Position numbers and translations under genes: made by a program. The notes below the pieces were generated by a model. It ran no database searches, had not been told where the DNA came from, and was given only the letters and a program-made list of their open reading frames with translations. 64,000 nucleotides of DNA from NCBI GenBank assembly GCA_965116495.1, contig OZ220696.1, forward strand, positions 3,168,001 through 3,232,000, given 5' to 3'. Shown in pieces: positions 27,409 through 36,895 of the stretch. Position 1 is the stretch's first letter; each line of letters begins with the position of its first letter. The stretch is from Gammaproteobacteria bacterium (GTDB lineage Bacteria > Pseudomonadota > Gammaproteobacteria > Eutrophobiales > Eutrophobiaceae).

Positions 27409-28977
27409 GTGAAAAACATAAGGCGAAGAGACATCATAAAGATGGCCGCGCTGGGGACCGGAGCGAGCGCCCTGGGCAGCGTGAACATCAGGCAACTCCG
27501 GGCTGCTGCCAGCGCTGACAAGACCGGGGCCGGTGCGTCCGATACGGTTGCCGATGTACTGATCATCGGCGCCGGCAACGCCGGCATTCCTGCCGCGATA
27601 CAGGCGGCTGACCTCGGCGCCAAAGTCCTGTTGCTGGACAAAAATCCTTTCCTTGGCGGCATGCTGCACATCTCCGGCGGCCATGTAAGCGGCGCCGACA
27701 GCAAGATCCAGATCGCCAAGGGCATCGAGGACTCCCCCGCGTTGCATTACCGGGACGCCATGCGCATGGGCAGGTACAGGAATAACCCTGAATTACTGAA
27801 GCTCGCCGTAGAGAATGCTGCCGCGATGATCGACTGGCTGGTCGAAATAGGCGTTGAATTCACACCCGAATCCCCGTTTCACGAAGATGACCACGACCGT
27901 TACAGCGCAGAGCGTACGTATGCCGGGCCGGATTACGCCCGTTCGCTGCTGGTCCCATTCCTCAGGGAACTGGAAAAGCGGGTTGACCGGGGTGATGTGT
28001 CGCTGCGACTGAATACCAGGGCCACCAGACTGATCCAGGATGACGATGGAACCATCATCGGGGTGAATGCCGTTGACGAGGCAGGCAACAGTTCGCCGGC
28101 GCTGGCCAGGGCGGTGATCCTGGCAACCGGCGGTTACGGGGCCAGCCAGGAGTTGAAGGAAAAATATAACCCGAAGATCGCGACGTCCAAGGTGATCTGC
28201 CTGCCGCACGCGACCGGGGACGGCCTGGTCATGGCGCAACAGGCGGGGGCGGAACTGGCCAACATGGATATTTTTGTGGCCTTCCCGGGCGCGGTCGAGG
28301 GTGCATCGGGACGCCTGCAGCATCCACCGGACCACCATACCGGCGGCATCTGGGTTAACAAACAAGGCCGCCGCTTTGTCAACGAGCATAGCGGCAGTCC
28401 CGATGAAAGGGAGAGAGCGTTCCTTGAGCAGCCTGATTTCGGCTTCTTCTACATTTTTGACGGGCGGGTAAAGCAGCTTGGCCCGGGTATCGCAGGCTGG
28501 GACCGGCAGCAACTGGGGCAGGAAATTGCGAACGGCGTCGTCAAGCAGGCCAAATCGATCAGGCAACTCGCGGGCAAGTTGGGCGTTGATGCAGGTCAAC
28601 TCGGCCGGACGGTGACAGGATATAACGACGCCGTGGCGCGTGGAGCCGATGCGGAATTCGGCAGGACCAGGCTTGACCACAAACTCGAACAAGGGCCGTT
28701 TTACGCGATCCCTGTCACCGGCAGCATTTTGATCTCCCACGGCGGGGTTGCCGTCAACCATTCGCTGCAAGTAATCGATGAGGACGGCAAGGTTATCCCC
28801 GGTCTGTATGCCGTCGGGGAAACGCTCGGCTGCGCCCAGATGATGGGAAGCGCGGTGCTGAGCGGGATGAGTGTCGGTCCTGCGATCACCCTGGGACGCA
28901 TCGCGGCCAGGAATGCTTGCCGGTATGCACAATCTGCGCGCCATCAGGCCCTGGATTGCGCAGAAACCGGCGCATAA
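27409..28977 (+). CDS. Tat-exported FAD-dependent oxidoreductase (FAD_binding_2; flavocytochrome c flavin-subunit-like)
   Basis: RRRDIIK Tat motif; IIGAGNAG; ILATGG; TGDGL; VNKQGRRFVNE; PGLYAVGE. Confidence 0.88.
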   Translation: MKNIRRRDIIKMAALGTGASALGSVNIRQLRAAASADKTGAGASDTVADVLIIGAGNAGIPAAIQAADLGAKVLLLDKNPFLGGMLHISGGHVSGADSKIQIAKGIEDSPALHYRDAMRMGRYRNNPELLKLAVENAAAMIDWLVEIGVEFTPESPFHEDDHDRYSAERTYAGPDYARSLLVPFLRELEKRVDRGDVSLRLNTRATRLIQDDDGTIIGVNAVDEAGNSSPALARAVILATGGYGASQELKEKYNPKIATSKVICLPHATGDGLVMAQQAGAELANMDIFVAFPGAVEGASGRLQHPPDHHTGGIWVNKQGRRFVNEHSGSPDERERAFLEQPDFGFFYIFDGRVKQLGPGIAGWDRQQLGQEIANGVVKQAKSIRQLAGKLGVDAGQLGRTVTGYNDAVARGADAEFGRTRLDHKLEQGPFYAIPVTGSILISHGGVAVNHSLQVIDEDGKVIPGLYAVGETLGCAQMMGSAVLSGMSVGPAITLGRIAARNACRYAQSARHQALDCAETGA

Positions 28978-29002
28978 CGGCCGCTAGCGCGGCACCCTGA
29001 CT

Positions 29003-30403
29003 ATGAGTATTCTTTCTCCATCCGGCGCAGATTTCAGTCTGGAAGTCGATGTCGCCGTGATCGGCGCCGGCGCCTGCGGCATGTGCGCAGGACTGGCCGC
29101 CAGACAGGCGGGGGCCGAAGTCCTGGTTATCGAGCGGGACCCTGTGCCGCTGGGCACGAGCGCGATGTCTACCGGCCTGATCCCGGGCGCAGGGACTTCA
29201 TTTCAGGATGCTGCAGGGATTGCCGACACGGCGCAGCAGTTTGCCCATGACGTCTGCGCAAAGACGGGTTTCCGTACGGATGAGCAGGTTGTCCTGGCGC
29301 TCGCCAGGGAATCCGCCGCTACCATCGAGTGGCTGGCCGTTGACCAGCAGGTCCCGCTGTCCCTGGTCGACAGCTTTCTATACCCGGGCCACTCCATCAT
29401 GCGTATGCACGGTACGCCTAACCGGACCGGATCCGAGTTGATGGGCAGCCTCGGCAACGCCGCGGACAGGGCCGGCGTCGATATTCTTACGGAAGCGCGC
29501 GCAACCGATCTGTTTGCGGATGAAGCAGGACGCGTGTACGGGGTGCGCTGCCAACGGCCGGACGGCAGCCACGAGGACCTGGCCTGCGGCGCCCTGGTAC
29601 TCGCCTGCTGCGGCTTTGCCGGCAACCCGGAAATGGTCGGACGTTACATCCCGGAAATAAAGGATGGCGAATTCTTCGGCCATCCCGGCAACAAGGGTGA
29701 CGCCGTGGTCTGGGGCGAGGCATTGGGCGCGGCGGTTGCGGACATGACTGCCTACCAGGGGCATGCAGGCCTGGCCAAGGGTTACGGCATCCCGATATTG
29801 TGGCCCACGATCGTTAACGGCGGCATCCAGGTCAACCAGCAGGGCCGGCGCTTCGCGGATGAAGGGCGGGGTTACTCGGAACAGGCGGTCGACGTGCTGC
29901 GCCAGCAGGGTGGTATCGCCTGGACTTTTTACGACGAACAACGCCACGAAATGATGCTGGAGTTTGAAGATTACCAGAATGCCGTTGCGGCCGGCGCAAT
30001 CCGGTATGGCGAGACCCTGGAGGAAATCTGCCAACAGACGGGTTTGCCCGTTGCTGCGATGAGGGAGACACTTGCAGAGGTTGCCGGTTTGATCGTCAGC
30101 GGTGTTCCCGACAGGTTCGGCAGGAGTTTCAGCGGCAAACAGGCCCTGGCCGCGCCTTTCTGCGCGGTCAGGGTCACCGGCGCCCTGTTCCACACCCAGG
30201 GCGGCCTGAAGGTGGACGCAAACGGCCGCGTGCTGCGTACGGACGGTTCGCTGTTCCTCAACCTCTACGCCGGCGGCGGGGCCGCCAGGGGCATCTCCGG
30301 ACCCGATGCATCGGGCTACCTGGCCGGCAACGGGTTGTTGACTGCGACTACCTTCGGCCGGCTGGCAGGTCGCGCCGCGGCGGTGGAATCACGTAAGCCG
30401 TGA
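29003..30403 (+). CDS. Cytoplasmic FAD-dependent oxidoreductase (FAD_binding_2; KstD/TcuA-like superfamily)
   Basis: VIGAGACG; NQQGRRFADE; LFHTQGGL; NLYAGG; YLAGNGL. Confidence 0.88.
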   Translation: MSILSPSGADFSLEVDVAVIGAGACGMCAGLAARQAGAEVLVIERDPVPLGTSAMSTGLIPGAGTSFQDAAGIADTAQQFAHDVCAKTGFRTDEQVVLALARESAATIEWLAVDQQVPLSLVDSFLYPGHSIMRMHGTPNRTGSELMGSLGNAADRAGVDILTEARATDLFADEAGRVYGVRCQRPDGSHEDLACGALVLACCGFAGNPEMVGRYIPEIKDGEFFGHPGNKGDAVVWGEALGAAVADMTAYQGHAGLAKGYGIPILWPTIVNGGIQVNQQGRRFADEGRGYSEQAVDVLRQQGGIAWTFYDEQRHEMMLEFEDYQNAVAAGAIRYGETLEEICQQTGLPVAAMRETLAEVAGLIVSGVPDRFGRSFSGKQALAAPFCAVRVTGALFHTQGGLKVDANGRVLRTDGSLFLNLYAGGGAARGISGPDASGYLAGNGLLTATTFGRLAGRAAAVESRKP

Positions 30404-30404
30404 T

Positions 30405-31193
30405 GTGCTGCTGTTGTTATCCACGCCTGGCACGGAAGCTGTACCTGTGACTGCCGATATGGATTTTGCCCGGCGATTGGCCGTGGTCACCGGCGCCGGT
30501 TCCGGTATCGGGGCTGAGATCGCGCGCAAACTGGCCGGTCTGGGAACACGGCTTGTAGTGGTCGACGTGAATGCCGCCTCGGTCCGTGCTGTTGCGAAAT
30601 CCATCGGCGCGGAAGCCGTAGTCGCGGATGTCTGCAACCGTGACCAGGTCGCCGGACTGTTCGCGGGTCTGGAACATGCAGCGGATATCCTGGTAACGTC
30701 GGCTGGAGGCGCACAACGGCGGGCAGCCCTTGACGTGGACGAAGCGATGTTTGCCGATAGTTATCAACTGAATGCCGGCGGATTCTGGCGCTGCGCGCAG
30801 GAGGCGGCGCGGCGCTCGATTTCTGAGCAAAGGCCGTCGAGCATCGTGCACATCGCATCAAGCCTGTATCGCGGCCCGGCGCCTGAGCTGTCACATTTCG
30901 CCGCGGCAAAGGCGGCCAGCGTCACACTGGTCCGCTGCCTTGCCCGGGAATGGGCCGTACACGGCATCAGGGTCAATGCGATCGCGCCCGGACCGGTTGA
31001 TACCCCGGCAACCGGGCCCGTCTGGGACGCAGCACCTGGCGCCCGTGATGCGCTGCGCGCGCAACTGCCGCTGGGTCGTATCGGTACACCCGAAGATATT
31101 GCGAACGCCGCAGTCTGGCTGAGTTCAGACGAAGCGGGCTGGATAACGGGTGAGGTGTTGCGTGTCGATGGCGGATTAACTGTCGCAGATTAG
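30405..31193 (+). CDS. SDR family oxidoreductase (atypical FxxxK)
   Basis: VVTGAGSGIG; IRVNAIAPG; WITGEVLRVDGG; SHFAAAK. The true start may be slightly downstream. Confidence 0.88.
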   Translation: MLLLLSTPGTEAVPVTADMDFARRLAVVTGAGSGIGAEIARKLAGLGTRLVVVDVNAASVRAVAKSIGAEAVVADVCNRDQVAGLFAGLEHAADILVTSAGGAQRRAALDVDEAMFADSYQLNAGGFWRCAQEAARRSISEQRPSSIVHIASSLYRGPAPELSHFAAAKAASVTLVRCLAREWAVHGIRVNAIAPGPVDTPATGPVWDAAPGARDALRAQLPLGRIGTPEDIANAAVWLSSDEAGWITGEVLRVDGGLTVAD

Positions 31194-31204
31194 GCGTACT
31201 TGCG

Positions 31205-32083
31205 CTACGGCCGGGGTTCAACCTTCAGTTTGCGAATTCCGGCGTGAGCTGCCTCGATTTCGTCGCTGGAGCGTCGGCCGATTGTCTCTGCGGATTGGTT
31301 TGTGAGTACCCGGTGCGGATCATCGCCGCCGACCATGCCGAGAAATGGCCCGCCGTAGTCATAACCCATCAGACGCTGAAGGCGTTCCGGCATTTTCCTA
31401 ACGCTGTCTTTGTCTGCGGCCAGGTATTGGTTTTCCACCTGGCGTAACCAGCCCAGGCTGTAATGCACCGCCACACCGGTGCGCGGTTCAGCCGATTGAT
31501 TGGCGCCGCCACCATGGAGTACTCCACCGGTATAGAGGAGGACAGAGCCCGGCGGCATCCCGGCAACAATCGATTCGTCATCCCCGGGTGCGCGTGCATC
31601 GTCCCAAAGGTGACTGCCGGGGATGAGCCGGGTGGCGCCGTTGCGTGGCGTGAACGTATCCACCGCCCACATCGTCGCAAGCGTTGTAGGCGGTGAGGGA
31701 TTGGCAAACGGATAACAACGTCCATCGCGATGCAAAGGTTGCGCATGCTGTCCCGGCAGCAGGTGCATGACACCGCTGTAGTTGATTTGATAACGCACGC
31801 AGTAAGGCAACAAGACATGATCGGCCACTGCCATGACCAATGGATGTATCGCCAGTTGCTGCACTGCAGGTGATCTATCAAACAGGCCAACCAGGCGTTT
31901 GGTTTTTTTTCCCAGAAATGGCGAGCCGCCAGCTTGTACGGCGTCAATATGCGGCGTCAACTGGGCAGCAAGTTCATCCACTTGTGACTGGTCAATCAGC
32001 CCTTCGATGATCGCATAGCCGTCCTGTTCGACGGCCATTCCAATGGCGCCGGCACCAGCGCCGGCTTGAAAACGAGCAGCCAC
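31205..32083 (-). CDS. PhyH-family Fe(II)/2-oxoglutarate dioxygenase
   Basis: QPLHRD, NGATRLIPGSH, LHGGGAN..R, GWLRQ.EN. Confidence 0.92.
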   Translation of the reverse strand: MAARFQAGAGAGAIGMAVEQDGYAIIEGLIDQSQVDELAAQLTPHIDAVQAGGSPFLGKKTKRLVGLFDRSPAVQQLAIHPLVMAVADHVLLPYCVRYQINYSGVMHLLPGQHAQPLHRDGRCYPFANPSPPTTLATMWAVDTFTPRNGATRLIPGSHLWDDARAPGDDESIVAGMPPGSVLLYTGGVLHGGGANQSAEPRTGVAVHYSLGWLRQVENQYLAADKDSVRKMPERLQRLMGYDYGGPFLGMVGGDDPHRVLTNQSAETIGRRSSDEIEAAHAGIRKLKVEPRP

Positions 32084-32086
32084 AGG

Positions 32087-32890
32087 CTAGTCTGGCTGGA
32101 CCATGAAGCGTACGGAAGTGCCACCGTCCACCAGCAGACTTTGCCCGGTAATGTAGCTGGCCAGGTCGGACAGCAAAAAGACGATGGGCGCGGCAATTTC
32201 TTCCGGGGTTGCGGTTCGTTGCAACGGAATTTTATGCGAATAACTTTCCGGACCCGGAATGTTCCCCTGCTTGATATTTTTCAGAAGCACCGGCGTATCG
32301 ACCCGGCCCGGTGCGACCGCGTTGACACGAATTCCATGCCGCGCCCAGTTGACTGCCATCGCACGAGTCATGCCTTCCAGCGCACTCTTGGCGATGGCAT
32401 ACAGGCCTAACCGTTCGGTGGCAAAAAATGCACTGACGGAAGACACGTTAACGATACTGCCCGGCTGCCCGGATCGGATCAGGCATTCTGCAACCCTTGT
32501 GCTCAATCGAAACGCACAATGCAGGTTGAGGTCGAGCACTTCCGACAACCGGGTCTCGTCAGCCTGCTCAAGATCGCACCAGTCGGAACCGCGTATGCCG
32601 CCTATTACATTGACCAGGTGGGGCAGGCCGGACGAGGAATTATCCAGTGCGGCTACCAGTCCGGCCACAGCGTCACCATCCCGCGCATCAAGCACGTGAG
32701 TTTCGAACTTTGCGCCGAGGCCGGTCAATTGCGGGTCAAGTTCGGCAAGCGCGGCTGCAGACTTGTCTACGGCTATGATCTTCGCCCCGGCTGCCGCTAA
32801 CGCCAGGCAAGTGGCTGTGCCGATCCCCCCTCCGCCTGCTCCGGCGACCAGTACCGCGTTACCGCGAAAGGTATTGTGGTCGAGGATCAT
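32087..32890 (-). CDS. SDR family oxidoreductase
   Basis: AGAGGGGIG; VNVSS; YAIAK; IRVNAVAPG; YITGQSLLVDGG. Confidence 0.92.
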   Translation of the reverse strand: MILDHNTFRGNAVLVAGAGGGGIGTATCLALAAAGAKIIAVDKSAAALAELDPQLTGLGAKFETHVLDARDGDAVAGLVAALDNSSSGLPHLVNVIGGIRGSDWCDLEQADETRLSEVLDLNLHCAFRLSTRVAECLIRSGQPGSIVNVSSVSAFFATERLGLYAIAKSALEGMTRAMAVNWARHGIRVNAVAPGRVDTPVLLKNIKQGNIPGPESYSHKIPLQRTATPEEIAAPIVFLLSDLASYITGQSLLVDGGTSVRFMVQPD

Positions 32891-32930
32891 ATGCCCTGAC
32901 GCGGGATCGCCGACGAATCCTCAGCAGCAA

Positions 32931-35207
32931 TTAAAAGTTCCAGGTAATGTCCACCCCTGCAGATTGCAGCGCTCCGGGGTAAATCCGCATTTGCTGAACC
33001 CCTGAAAGCGGTGCACCGTCGGTGGTTGACGGTGCGATAGTCACGCGCCGGTTCCACTTCTCATCCAGCACGTTGTCGACCCACACGCTGATCTCCAGAC
33101 GTTCGCCCATGAACCCGGCCCGCAAATTCAGCAGACTGATGTCACCCTGGGACGCCTGGTTCAGGCTCAAATTGTAACTGCTCTCCTGAAAACTGTAGTC
33201 GGCGCGCAGGTAGAAATCGAAGCTGCTGAACAGATCGGGAATTGAATAATTGGCGTTTATCGCAAACTGGGTATCCGTGGTGCGGGCGAGTTGGTTTCCG
33301 CCGACCAGGCTGCTGCAGCCTTTTTCGATTACCCGCGTACCGATTAATTCGCCGCAGGGAGACAGGACCTCGCCATCGCTCACGCCACTTTTGTAACGCG
33401 GGTCTATTACCGCGAACGCGCCCCTGATCCAGAAGTTGTCGCTGAGGTAAGCCGTCGCATCGAACTCAACCCCGGTTGAAAGCGCGCCACCCGAGTTGGT
33501 ATTGACCGAGACCGTACTGCCGGGAATCGCCGCCTGGATCTGGAGGTCTTCCCAGTCGATATGGAAAACATTGCCGGTAACCACCAGGCGATTATTCAAT
33601 AGCGCTGCCTTGACGCCGAATTCGTAAGTCCAGTTGGATTCCTCATCGAAGGTGAGCTCCGGCAACCCGGCTGCGTTGGCATTAAATCCGCCCACCTTTA
33701 CACCACGCGCAACAGACGCATACCAGAGCATATTGTCAGAGCTCGCAAACTCCAGCGTAAAGCGCGGTGTCACGTAATCGAAACTCTGTGAACCGGTAAC
33801 TCCGGAGGTAAGACCGGTGCCGACCAGGTCCTGATCTTCGTCCGCGTAGCGCACTTCGACACTGGCGTTCCACTGGTCATTGAACTGGTATCCCAGCGAC
33901 CCGAAGATTGCATAGGCTTCCGTATAAATCCTGTTGCCGCGGCCAAAGAAAGGAACCGGTTGCGCAAGCGGCTGGCGCAGCGGCTGGAACAGGACCTCGA
34001 GAACATCTTCATCAACGCTGTCGTAGATGAAACCGCCGATGCTCCAGCTTAACGGGCCGTCGGAATTTGATGCCAGCCTCAATTCATAACTCTCGGCGTC
34101 GCCCTCGGGGGTGGAGGCGTCGATGAAAGTCTGCACGGACAAGCCCGGGATGAAAAATGGAATATTGACGGCGATGGGATTGGTCGACGTATCGACGAGC
34201 AACTCGAATTCGCTCTCCACCTTGCTGGCCAGGAACGATAAGGTGCCTATGCTCGTGTCCCATTCAAGCTGGGCGTAGAACAGGTCCGTGTTACCCGTCA
34301 GGCCGACTGCCACCGGCGAGACGTCTACCGTATCGGTCTTCGGTACCGCGCCGCAAAAAAGCGTGTTGAATTCCGAACCTCCCGGGAAATTGACGGTCCT
34401 CGACCCGCAGTTGTTACTCCTGGTCGGAAACAGTTTCAGCGCCGGCGCATCATTTTCCTGTTCGTTACGCACCGCCGTCAGCCTGATGCTGAAATTATCG
34501 GTCGGCTCGGCCAACAGACTGACGCCGAACGCGTTGCGCTCCGAGTAGCCGCCCAATGTACCCCCGTCGCGGTCGTTGTCGATCGTGCCGTCATACTCAC
34601 TGGCGCCGCCGAACAAACGTATTGCCACCTTGTCGCCAATAGGAACGCTGAAAGAACCGCGCACCCCGTAGCGGTCATCGGTACCGAGAGTGCCGCGTAT
34701 TTTGCCCGAGAATTCGCCAAGCTCCGGCGCCTTGGTGACGTAATTGATTGCTCCCGAGAAGGTGTTGCGGCCGTAAAGTGCGCTCTGCGGTCCCTTGACG
34801 ACCTCTATGCGCTCCAGGTCCAGGGCGCCGAACTCAAGACCGGACCGGTTATTCAGGTAAACGCCATCGACAAACACGCCGACATTGCCCTGCAGCGAGG
34901 TCTGGGTGGTCTGGGCCAGCCCGCGGATGACCGTGTTTTGATAGGCGCCGTTGACGTCCTGGAAGGCAAGCCCGGGGGTTATCGCCGCCAGGTCCTCAAG
35001 TTCGAAAACGTTGGCCCGCTCCATGGTCTGTTCGTCGATAGCCGAAATATTGAGCGGTACGTCAAGCAGGCTCTCCTGGCGTTTTCGAGCGGTTACAACG
35101 ATTTCATCTATTGTTTGTGCCGCCAGGTCTGCCGCAAACAGGCTGGCTGCAATGAGACCGATTCCGGCATAGGTGAGGGATGTACGAACTCTGGGGAATG
35201 CCATCAT
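32931..35207 (-). CDS. TonB-dependent receptor
   Basis: Signal peptide; EIVVTARKR; ERIEVVKGPQSALYG; C-terminal Phe (ITWNF); alternative start 35234. Confidence 0.95.
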   Translation of the reverse strand: MMAFPRVRTSLTYAGIGLIAASLFAADLAAQTIDEIVVTARKRQESLLDVPLNISAIDEQTMERANVFELEDLAAITPGLAFQDVNGAYQNTVIRGLAQTTQTSLQGNVGVFVDGVYLNNRSGLEFGALDLERIEVVKGPQSALYGRNTFSGAINYVTKAPELGEFSGKIRGTLGTDDRYGVRGSFSVPIGDKVAIRLFGGASEYDGTIDNDRDGGTLGGYSERNAFGVSLLAEPTDNFSIRLTAVRNEQENDAPALKLFPTRSNNCGSRTVNFPGGSEFNTLFCGAVPKTDTVDVSPVAVGLTGNTDLFYAQLEWDTSIGTLSFLASKVESEFELLVDTSTNPIAVNIPFFIPGLSVQTFIDASTPEGDAESYELRLASNSDGPLSWSIGGFIYDSVDEDVLEVLFQPLRQPLAQPVPFFGRGNRIYTEAYAIFGSLGYQFNDQWNASVEVRYADEDQDLVGTGLTSGVTGSQSFDYVTPRFTLEFASSDNMLWYASVARGVKVGGFNANAAGLPELTFDEESNWTYEFGVKAALLNNRLVVTGNVFHIDWEDLQIQAAIPGSTVSVNTNSGGALSTGVEFDATAYLSDNFWIRGAFAVIDPRYKSGVSDGEVLSPCGELIGTRVIEKGCSSLVGGNQLARTTDTQFAINANYSIPDLFSSFDFYLRADYSFQESSYNLSLNQASQGDISLLNLRAGFMGERLEISVWVDNVLDEKWNRRVTIAPSTTDGAPLSGVQQMRIYPGALQSAGVDITWNF

Positions 35208-35408
35208 GATGATGTCTCCATAGATTGCGGTCACTAAAGCCCGGGGACCGATACTCGTGAAACAACTGGTTTTTCAATAATCCTGCATTTATACTAATTT
35301 AGTGTTTGATAAATTGCTTGTCAAATACAATGTCCCGGCAATAACAAATTCTTACGTATCATATTGTTTGGTCCGGCGGCGCTAAACGCAGAAAAAGGTG
35401 TTGGTACA

Positions 35409-36542
35409 ATGACATTTATTACTCAATCCGACGCAAAACCCCTGGGCCGGATGGACTGCGCGCTGTCCCAGCGGGGACGGGCCGGGCTTGAATTCCTCGG
35501 GTCGGTACAAAAGTTTTCCTCCCGTGCATTGAGACAAAAAGCCCGGGAAGATTTTGCGGAAGATCCTGATAGCCGGTACCTGCTTGATAAACCCCTGTCC
35601 CGGGGCAAAACCGGGTGGCCGCAGACAATTGCCCGCGTCCGGCAAACTGCGCAACGCTCATCCGCCTACCGTCTCGAGCGTTTCTACCAGCGCTACGTCG
35701 CTGAAGAGGTTTATAACCGCGGTATTCCGGCTATTGAAGAGAGACGCAGTGCGTTCGAGCAACTGTTCAGTGCACCGGTTGACCCTGCCGGGGGGAACCT
35801 GGAACTTGATCCGGATCTCGACATCCCCGATTTTTTTACCGGCGTTGAGTGGCATCTCGAACCGGGTGGCTGGGATGGCTATGATCTGTACGGGGCCTTG
35901 TTCGCATTCGGCATCGGACCGATGGTGTTCCGGCATGGCGGTTATGCCGCGGTCGAGGTCGATGATGACATCATTGCGCAACGTGAAAGCTTTGTCAGAC
36001 AGTTGCGAAATGATCATTACGACAGGATTTATGAACCCGGTTGCGGCGGGTTCTCGACCCTCGGCGTAGCACACCGGGTTTTCCCGGAGGCACAGCTTGC
36101 GGGCTGTGACCTGTCCCCGCTATTATTGAAAATGGGCCATATGCTGGCGGAAAAATCGGGAGTAGCGGTTGACTTCAGGCAACGCGACCTGCGCGCCACC
36201 CGGGAGCCTGACGCTTCGGTTGATGCCGTCCTGATGTACGCGCTCTTGCATGAACTGCCCACGGCGGTTGCTGTCGACGGGTTTCGCGAGGCGCTGCGCA
36301 TACTCAAACCGGGCGGCGAAATCGTGATCTCGGACCCGCCGCCTTTCCATGCAGTTGCGCCGCTGCAGGCGGTGCTGCTCGATTGGGAAACCGAAAACCG
36401 TGAAGAACCTTACTTCAGTGCCGCCTGCGAGATGGATTGGGGACGCGAACTTGAAAGTGCCGGGTTTGCCAACGTTGAGTCTTATCCCTTGGGCGACCAG
36501 AGTTACCCATGGATCAACCGTGCAAACAAACCCGCCGGGTGA
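35409..36542 (+). CDS. Class I SAM-dependent methyltransferase with large N-terminal extension
   Basis: EPGCGGG motif I; GCDLS..L; LLHE; RILKPGG; ENREEPY. Confidence 0.85.
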   Translation: MTFITQSDAKPLGRMDCALSQRGRAGLEFLGSVQKFSSRALRQKAREDFAEDPDSRYLLDKPLSRGKTGWPQTIARVRQTAQRSSAYRLERFYQRYVAEEVYNRGIPAIEERRSAFEQLFSAPVDPAGGNLELDPDLDIPDFFTGVEWHLEPGGWDGYDLYGALFAFGIGPMVFRHGGYAAVEVDDDIIAQRESFVRQLRNDHYDRIYEPGCGGFSTLGVAHRVFPEAQLAGCDLSPLLLKMGHMLAEKSGVAVDFRQRDLRATREPDASVDAVLMYALLHELPTAVAVDGFREALRILKPGGEIVISDPPPFHAVAPLQAVLLDWETENREEPYFSAACEMDWGRELESAGFANVESYPLGDQSYPWINRANKPAG

Positions 36543-36554
36543 AGGTTACGATCT

Positions 36555-36872
36555 ATGAGCGAGAGAAAAACACCGCGCTACCTGGATGCCAACAACCTTG
36601 ACGACCTGGCGCGCATAAACACCGCGTTGTTGTCGGAGTTGTGGATCATGCGGGACCGCCTGGCTGTTTTAGAACAGATTCTGCAGGAAAAAAACATTCT
36701 CAGCGAGAATGAGGTCAACGACTATGTTCCGGACGGCAGCGTTGCCGAAAGAATCGAAGCGCTGCGCAACACCATCGTTGCCAATGTCGCCGGCGCGCCC
36801 CTGACAGGCCAGGACCGGAGCGTGGAAAAGCTGAAGAAGCAGGCGGGCTCCTGGCAGGCCGGCGGCGGCTGA
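36555..36872 (+). CDS. Small helical hypothetical protein
   Basis: RBS GAAGG; LLSELWIMRDRLAVLEQIL amphipathic helix; 12 bp after the methyltransferase. Confidence 0.75.
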   Translation: MSERKTPRYLDANNLDDLARINTALLSELWIMRDRLAVLEQILQEKNILSENEVNDYVPDGSVAERIEALRNTIVANVAGAPLTGQDRSVEKLKKQAGSWQAGGG

Positions 36873-36895
36873 TCGATGTTGATGCCGGACGCATA

